A DNA stretch of 57,023 nt, counting the filler, from Platydemus manokwari (Eukaryota), in the NCBI GenBank assembly GCA_037951405.1. It is 5 parts of 5 records of this genome, joined end to end, with 100 filler letters (N's around TTAATTAATTAA, not from the genome) between each part and the next. Parts side by side here need not be neighbours in the genome. Positions count along the whole stretch, not along the records: positions 46,323 to 57,023 come from JBBMOY011112109.1; 4 more parts are not named here. One strand, 5' to 3'. This document shows, in pieces, positions 49,501-57,023 of the stretch. The first letter of the stretch is position 1; every line of letters starts with the position of its first letter. The notes beneath the pieces are model-generated. The model ran no database searches. It was not told where the DNA came from and saw only the letters and a list, made by a program, of their open reading frames with translations. The translations under genes were made by a program, and so were the position numbers.

Positions 49501-52500
49501 AATAAGTATTTAGGAAGTTGTGAATTATTAGAGATTTGTCTTTAGATTCTTTGTTCCTAAGAAGACCTTTGGTTGAGTCCATCAATAGTGAATAAAATTT
49601 TATCGCATGAGCAAATTGAATCTCCACTTGTCTGTCTGACTTGAATCCAGTAATTCGATAGGGGTCTTCGTACTGGTATCCATTCTTCTTCCTCTTATGA
49701 GGATCTACGCGAACTAGCACCTTCTCTCCGACCTGAAAAGGTCGATGTGTTCTTTTTCCCCTGTCTCGGTTTGGCATTATGTCGGCTGTCACTTTAAAGT
49801 TTTATCTAGCTACCTCTGCAATATCATCTCGAGTTTGGTTCTTGTGACTCACATCTGAATGAACATTGATCTTCCGCCCGTAAATTATCTCGAAAGGCGA
49901 AAACCTCGTTATTGATTGATGTGCTGCATTGATGCAGAATTCTATTCTTAGTAACAATTCAGCCCAATTTTTCTCATGGCTGTCACCCTTTTAAGTAGCT
50001 GTTAACATATCTCGTACTGTCCTGATGAATTTTTCCTCTAGCCCGTTCGACTGATGCTGGTATGGTGAGGTGAATTCTTGTTTGATATCCAGCTTTAAAC
50101 ACGCTTCCCTCATAAATTTGCCTCCAAATTGTTTCCGATTACCAGATAGAATGCTTATTGGCTTTCCAAAATGATAAATCCACCAGTTTAAAATGATCTG
50201 GAAGATTGTCTTTTCGTCTTGCTTAGAAGTAGCAGTGAGGCTCACTAGCTTGCTAAATCTGTCGATAATGACTACTAGGTACTTCTTGTTACTATGCATC
50301 GTGTCAATTTGGGCAATGTCCACCACGATTTACTCTTGAAACTCAGACTCTAACTGAGGGAGCAGAAACTCATTATTTATAGATTTATCAATCTTTCTCT
50401 TTGCAAATATAATACATTCTTTCAATATCTCTTTGATGATATTGAACATGTTGGACCATTAAAAACTGTCGAACAAATATGCGAATATTTTCTTTGATCC
50501 TAAGTGACAAATTGAGCGGCAAAATCTTTCGGTGTTATCGCAACCAAACCTTTCTCTTTCTCCAACATCAGGGTATTGTCGATCACCTTCAGTTTATCTT
50601 TAATTCTGGAAAGTGAATTTTTATTCTAGAATTCCGCGATAATTAGTGTTGTTTCACCATTTAGAAATCTGAATGTCTGCAGTATTTCTGCATCTTTATG
50701 CTGTTCTTGCTGTATTTTCTGCATTATCTCCAATTTTTTTGTGTTTGGGCTAAATATTTGGTATTCAGCTTTTCCGTCTTTGCTCTATCATGTTTCGTCT
50801 TGCAGTGAGAAGATATTGTCTCGATCCTAGACAATCCATCTGCGTTGCTATAATTCTCTCCTTTTCTCTATCTTGAATCGAAATCGTATTCTGTCAGCGA
50901 CGCCATCTATGTTTGAAATTGAGGGCTGTTCGGTTTTTCTGTCTAGTTCAAGAATATAAGAGCTTTGTGATCGGTCCTCGCAATGAATTTCTTCTCGTAC
51001 AAGTATTCTCTAGAGTAAATAACATACCCAGTTCCTTCCTGGTAACACAGTACCCTTTCTCGTGATCAGCAAGCAATCGAAAACCATAGGCTATAACTAC
51101 TTCTGTTCTTTCTTCAGTAACTTGGCTTAAAATAGTCAAGATTGCACCAAACCTCGTGTCCGTATCGAGAACAAATATCCTATTTTCCCTTGGGTAATCC
51201 AAAATAGGTCTGACACGATTCTGACCATTGCAATCCCTTATCTCCACCTGCAGTTGCAGCGTATAGTGGAGGCGCTATTAAAGCATAATCTTTGATGAAT
51301 CGCCTGTAATAGTATGTCAGCCCTAAAAATGATCGCAGTTTGCTGGTACACTGTGGTACCGGGGCATCTCATATCTGTTCGATTTTGTCGTAATTAGTCT
51401 GTATGCCATTAGCACTGAGTGTGTGGCCTAAAATCCTTACTTCATCTTTGATAAGCGTACATTTCTCCGGATTTACTTTCAGACCCGACTCTTGAATTAG
51501 TCGAAATACGGCTTCCAGTAGATCCTCATGCTCTTGCTGAGTTTTTCCGTATATTAACACATCATCCAAATATACCACAACGCCTTTAAAGATCAACTTG
51601 TGCATTTGAAATGTTGCTGGTGCTGTAGATAGTCCAAAAACAGTATTGGGAGGTTTCTGTGCTAAAAGCTGTGCAATATTGGAATCTCGTACTTAGTTCG
51701 ACTTGATAATATACCTGTCCCAAATCTATCAAGGAGAAATATTTAGCATTCGCCAAACAGTCTAGAAGTTGGTGGATATCAATCATGGGGAAACTTAATT
51801 TTTCTATCACTTCATTGAGTTTTCGATAATCCACACACATCCGGATAGATCCGTCCTTTTTCCTACGATGATCAGTGGTGAATTCCAAGCACTCTTGCAT
51901 GGTTTCATTACTCCTATTCCGAACAAGTTTTTTTATCACATCTTCAAGTTTTGCTTCTAAGTGCATGGGCTGTCTTCTGGGATTCCGTGAAATAGGATTT
52001 CCGGTAATTATTATATCGTAAACAACTAAGTTGGTTCTGCCTAGATCTAATTTCGAAACCATGAATGTTTCTTCGTATTCCTTTGATGAGTTTTCCAATT
52101 CTGCATATGTTCCCAGTTTTGATTGTTTCCATTGCGTGTTTCGATCTTTCCTTTCTTAAACATCTCTTCACGTCTGGTTTCATTTCGAATTTTTTTGTTG
52201 TCTATTGGTTCAACCCACGGACGAAATATATGCGACGGAGTTAATGTGGTTTTTTGATCTTCTACCTCGTGCATTACTGGGTCTTCAATTGGATAAAATT
52301 GCTCCTCGATCTCGTCCTGAATACATAAAATTCTACCTTCTACTCTGTGTCTTGCACCTAGTATTAAATGGCATAATCTGAAATGACGGCCTCCTTGTCT
52401 GCATATTAAACATTTGAGCCTTAGGGGGCACTGGCTTCAGTAGTGTCTGCTTTCTCCACAGCAGAAGCAACTGTCTCCGCGCAATCGTTCTTTCTTTGGA

Positions 52501-55325
52501 TCTGGCATGCCTGGACACTTATCGTAAAATTTCTTGGCCATGTATTTCATCGGATACACTGATTTCTCTCTACCTGAAGCTATTGGCTAGGGGTTCCCTG
52601 TTCTGATAGAATGGAATTGTTCATAATTACTGGATTCGTTGCTTTCTTTTTTGTACTGGCTATTCAACCGGTTGCTTCTTCCGGTTTTTAGCGCCAGAGG
52701 ATGGCTGTCTCTACGTATTGTATTGACTGCCTAGAAATCTCGTTGTATACTTTGTTCTCGATTCTCGAACACTTTTGCAGCACCCCTAACTTCCATGATA
52801 TCTATGTCTAGTTTCAGGGCAAGAGAGACTTTTAACCCATTCAATCGTGTTCTCTTGCTGATGATATCTTTCACTATAAAATCGTGTTTCAATCCAGAAT
52901 TCATCACCTCCTTAACCAATCTATGAACTCTTATCTCGAAAGTGGCAAACCGTTTGCTCTCCAATTGATGAACATTTGCAAATTTGACAATCATATCCAT
53001 TATAGATTTTTTGATTGTAAATGTATCTTCAAATCACGATTTAGCTGAATCTTCTGTGGTATCTTCCGATTTGAAGTTTTTCCACAAAATGCCTACCTCG
53101 TTGGAAAGCAGTAAATCAGGCTGAGACTATTAATTAATAGCCACTCCTCCGTATCTTGCATCCACTTGCCGCTTCATTTGAATTTCGTCCCTCGAATTTT
53201 CGAATATTGAAATTGAGCGCTTCTTGTGCATGTTTCGGCAAACTCTCTAATAGCTACTTCTTCTGCTGATTCCTTGTGATTGCATTGATTTGTATGGCGT
53301 GGTCACCAGTTACGTTATTAACACTTTCAGGCATAATATTTACTCAAAAAACTACACTAATCAATTATTTGTACAAATACAACGTGTTTCTTTATTTAAT
53401 CACGTTACTGTAGCCAAATTTTCTTAGAAAGAAAGCGATACCACAAGATGGATTTTTGAAACAGGAAGCTGGTTTTGGCTGTGATAAGATGGGGCATTGG
53501 AAGTTTGATCACCCACTTCGAGATAAATTTTATACAGTAAAGTAGAAAGTTTGTCCATACAATGGATCATGTAGAGTTCGTTGGATATATGATGAAGTAC
53601 ATAGCCAAAATGACAACGAAATACAAATTTTGAATGATTTATCACTTTAAGACAAGAAAAATAACACATTCAATCCTCAGTATCCATTTCACCAATAAGG
53701 TTCAGTAAATAGGATATATAGAGTCAAGAGATCAAATGGAAGTAAAAGAGTCGTGAAAATGATGAAAAGTTGTTTGCAGATGTATTAGGAGGCTGATGGT
53801 AGATATAAAGCTTATTGAAATGCAATAAATAAAGCTAGAATTCGTGTAAATCAATGAACATAATGTGTAAAGGTAACCAGGAAAGTATTGGCAAATGCCA
53901 CATCATGTGTCTGAAGTAAAATTAGTCTGCATTTTTTCAGATAAGTTCGAATCTTTGTCTGAGAAAGATAAAAATTCCAATTGTTTGGAATATAAAAATC
54001 TTATAGGCATTATTGTGATGAAGGAAATTTTTAACAGCATTTATTGATGAAATTGATAAAATGAAGAAATTCGAATATTTAGCAGAAATCGAAAAAATTT
54101 ACGCAACGGATGTAAACAGGAAACACTGAATAGAGAATTGAAATAACTATAAAGAATATTGCTGTTGGCAATGACATTTCATTGCGAAAATGTATCCAAG
54201 AAAATTGTTCGATTTTTATGGCATCTGATTTAGGACTAACAAACTTGATCAAGCACAATATTCGAACGAAAGTTAAATCCATTGCACAAAATTTCAAATA
54301 ACAGTCGATAAATCTGGAGAATGAAATTCAATACCTAATGAGAACTCTTTAAACGGCTCAGAAAGTAGAATTTATCATCAATTCTATATTCGACTTTGAA
54401 GATTTTGTTTGGAAGATGACTTTATATGCATGTGTTACGGTTAAATGAACCCAGTCATCATCAAGAAATAAAACCCAGTTCAAATGAATGACTATAGGCT
54501 TAACAAGATTTTATTCGGAATGAGAAGTAGTCAAATTTTTGAGGTTAAGGAGGAAGATTAACTGAAGAAGGAATCAAATAAGTTAATGAAAAAAGGATAT
54601 CGTAACGAAGGTCCGCATAGAATTATGAAATTTTTAAATTCGCATCAAGTGCTTCTTGATTACTCAAGCCTAAAAGTATTGATTGGTTGAGGAAAGCCTC
54701 AGATAAAAAAGGAAGAAGGAAACTCGATAATAAACATAGATATTTATAAAATATATAAAAATAGAAAAACAAATACTTTATTTTCTTATTTTGTTCCAAT
54801 TTTTCGAAAAATATCTTCTCTGTGATATTTATTAGATTTTCGGATTTATCTTTATATCTTAAGTTAAAAATTGTATCTTCAGTCATTTCATATTTGTACC
54901 ACTTGCAAATATATTTATCTAACCATGAATAAGTTAATTTTGATATAATTGATGCATATTCTTCAGGACATGGGTTCTGATAATTCAATATTATTTAACA
55001 AATTACTTATTTCATGTTACTTCTCCAGTGTGAACAAATCTGTCTGGAGAGGATCGAGGAAAACACTCAATCAAGAGATTTATTATAAAAATAGATAATA
55101 TTATTCCTGAAAGGCATAATAATCCGATTTTTCTATTCTTAGGTCCACTCTGAAAAATTCAAATATAAAGGCTAATTAAATTAAATTAACTACATCTGTA
55201 TTAATAATATTGGAATAGAAACGAATTGCATATGCTAGAGAGCAGGTTAACCAGAACATAAAAAGAATTGGGCAAACAGGCTGCATTGTTCGACGTCTAA
55301 TTTCAGTTTGTAATATGACAAAAAT
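46592..55325 (-). CDS. ABCC/MRP (multidrug resistance-associated protein, long form with TMD0), partial: end of TMD0, L0 linker and first part of TMD1
   Basis: Phase-consistent GT-AG exons 55325-55194, 55149-55021, 54976-54777, 48096-47899, 47852-47672, 46894-46798, 46749-46592. Motifs: EIRRR...[84 protein letters not shown]. Confidence 0.9.
47450..47610. repeat. Dispersed repeat inside a 777-nt ABCC intron; homologue of 41190-41360
   Basis: Inverted match to 41190-41360. Weaker similarity may extend to ~47000 and ~41700. Confidence 0.55.
49590..53410 (-). mobile_element. Near full-length degenerate Ty3/Gypsy element (gag-RT-RNaseH-IN) in an ABCC intron
   Basis: Gag 53000-52731, double knuckle [13 protein letters not shown] / [14 protein letters not shown] (~52470-52371), [28 protein letters not shown] and [10 protein letters not shown], RNase H LDTD...[13 protein letters not shown], integrase HLG...W...C (~50510-50410), [24 protein letters not shown], and GPY/F-like EDPYRI. 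Confidence 0.92.
53296..53308 (-). promoter_or_regulatory. Primer-binding site of the Gypsy element, tRNA-Trp-like
   Basis: Minus strand ...AACGTAAC-TGGTGACCACGCC just 5' of gag. The complement of the eukaryotic tRNA-Trp 3' end begins TGGTGACCCCG. Confidence 0.5.
53440..54360 (+). mobile_element. Decayed Gypsy fragment in the opposite orientation
   Basis: Knuckle remnant [12 protein letters not shown] (~53475) and RT leader [31 protein letters not shown] (~54215-54320). Confidence 0.6.
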
Positions 55326-55509
55326 CTGATTAAAAATATTATGAAAAACAATAATTTTAAATCGGTTATATGATATTTAAAACATTAATTCATATTTAGA
55401 GTTACTAATTAATCCAATTAATAATTCAATGCATGATAAATTGCTAACAGATATATATATGAATAATTTTATTTATGAAATTATCAAATAATATTATGAT
55501 AAGTCTTGG

Positions 55510-56320
55510 ATGTCACCATAGCCTCATTTATAATCTTAAGGTTAGTTACATATTTTAATCACTCTATCCGCCTGGTTTTTTAGCATGATGGAATTGTATA
55601 TCCACTGATTAGTGTGACTTGAATCCGAAAATTAGGTAGGAGTCATCGTACTGTGAGTATTTATTTCTCTTATGGGCATATACACAAACTAGCACCTTTT
55701 CTCCCACCCGAAAAATTCAATGTGTTCGTTTTCACTTTTTGTTGGCCTCTACTTCAGAATTTTATCTGCGTGATGCAATATCTTCTCCAGCCTGGTTCTT
55801 TTGATTCCTGTTCGTATGGGCTTTGCTCGTCTGCCCACAGATAATTTCGAAGGGTGATAAATTTTTATTAATTGATGAGTTGCAGTGATGCAGAACTCTA
55901 TTCTAGGCAGCCGTTCAGCCCAATCTTTCTCAGGCATTTTACCCTATAATGAAATTGTTATCACATCTCGCACTGTCCTGATAATTCAGCTGGCTCGTTT
56001 GATTGATGCTAGTATGGAGAACTGAATTCTTGTTTAATTCTCAGTGTTGAGACCCTTGCCTCATAAATTTATCTTAGAATTGTTTGACACTATCACATAG
56101 GGCTTTTAAGCTTTCCAAAATGATAGATCCACGAGCTTTTTTGTCTTGATTAAATCTATCAATGAGGCTCACCCAAATAGGCCATTCTCATCGAAGTTTC
56201 CGAATCCCCATAACATCTTTACTTGAGATTCGTTGATCATCATCTTACCTCATCGTCATCCTTCTTAAACATCTCTTCACCACATATTCCATTTCGAATT
56301 TTTTTGTAATCTATCGATTC
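55510..56320 (-). mobile_element. Internally deleted sister copy of the 49.6-53.4 kb Gypsy
   Basis: EKDWAERLPRIEFCITATHQ matches 49920-49980. TTCTTAAACATCTCTTCAC...ATTTCGAATTTTTTTGT occurs at both ~56263 and ~52153. Confidence 0.8.
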
Positions 56321-56499
56321 AATAGAATATACATATAAAAATTATGTTTAAAACAAAATCATATCTACTCTATCTGGATAATATTATAAATTGCTTATCC
56401 AATTATAAAGAGAGATGTCAACTGTTTATTGACATGCACAGTATTTTAAAAGTTTAGTTTAATTCGGGGTTATAAATTTCATGACTATTTGGCTATCTG

Positions 56500-56900
56500 T
56501 CAGTTCAAAGAGAGGCATTGGATTTCGCCATTTATAAGCTTGATTCAAACTGATAGCCGTCGCTTTATTAACAAGTTTTTCATTTGCTATTAATGGAATC
56601 TGAATCATTGAATTTTTAGATAAATGGTATCTAATCTACAAATTATAGATTATTCAGTTTGTAACTGGATAATTAAACTGGATCATAATTCCTTTGAATT
56701 TCAGATAATTGTTAAAAAATCTCAACCCATCTTTCTTTCTTATAACTATTGTACTGATTATTTTCATGTAGGTCAGATAACTTATTAGTCAATGAATTCT
56801 TAACTGTCATTCATGAGATCTGTTATTTTGTAATATTCAAGCGTGATAGTTATTATCCCCCTTATATCCAAATGTCTTAATACATGTCTTGATATTATTT
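56500..56900 (-). mobile_element. Old Gypsy RT remnant
   Basis: Minus strand STIVIRKKDGLRFFNNYLKFKGIMIQFNYPV (~56755-56660). Confidence 0.5.
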
Positions 56901-57023
56901 TATTGGGGCTTATATCTATCATTCGTGAAGAACTGCAACCACATTTTAAAATTTCTTAGCGAGTTTAACTGAAAATGAAATTCTGGAAGTGTATAAGCGA
57001 TTAGGCTCAAATTTTGGTATGCC

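Noticed and set aside
54623-54776. C-terminal extension of the 121-aa ORF
   Set aside because: Read-through into an intron; the GT donor at 54776 joins in phase to 48096.
28033-55325. CRAL-TRIO plus ABCC as a lipophilic-compound handling cluster
   Set aside because: They are separated by two gaps, one a suspected misjoin, and there is no evidence of co-regulation.
1-57023. tRNA, rRNA, snRNA or spliced-leader RNA genes; remaining short ORFs in the track
   Set aside because: No recognisable RNA-gene sequence by eye. The other ORFs are TE fragments, antisense shadows or chance AT-rich frames, many with non-ATG starts.

Overview
Very AT-rich animal genomic DNA with tiny introns (41-60 nt). The style suggests a triclad flatworm/planarian, but that is inference only. 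The window consists of five contigs joined by artificial 100-nt linkers (N44-TTAATTAATTAA-N44). Host genes: (1) a single-exon secreted prohormone ending RYG-stop, a candidate NKY-like RYamide neuropeptide (3364-3603 +); (2) an intronless orphan rhodopsin-like GPCR (23181-24056 -); (3) two convergent 7-exon CRAL-TRIO paralogues (28033-29355 +, 5' end lost in a gap; 30271-31534 -, complete, 309 aa), plus a dead third copy created by an inverted duplication (~36.5-36.9 kb); (4) seven consecutive exons of an ABCC/MRP transporter (55325-46592 -) whose 3' portion is absent beyond a gap. Most of the remainder is decayed transposons: an R2/NeSL-type non-LTR element with a Ulp1 protease, a fragmented Polinton/Maverick (integrase, pPolB N-terminus, adjacent 23-aa Trp-repeat gene), at least six Ty3/Gypsy remnants, solo-LTR candidates, and mariner and pogo/Tigger fragments. 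No tRNA, rRNA, snRNA or CRISPR array was recognised. All family assignments come from manual translation and remembered motifs, not database searches.
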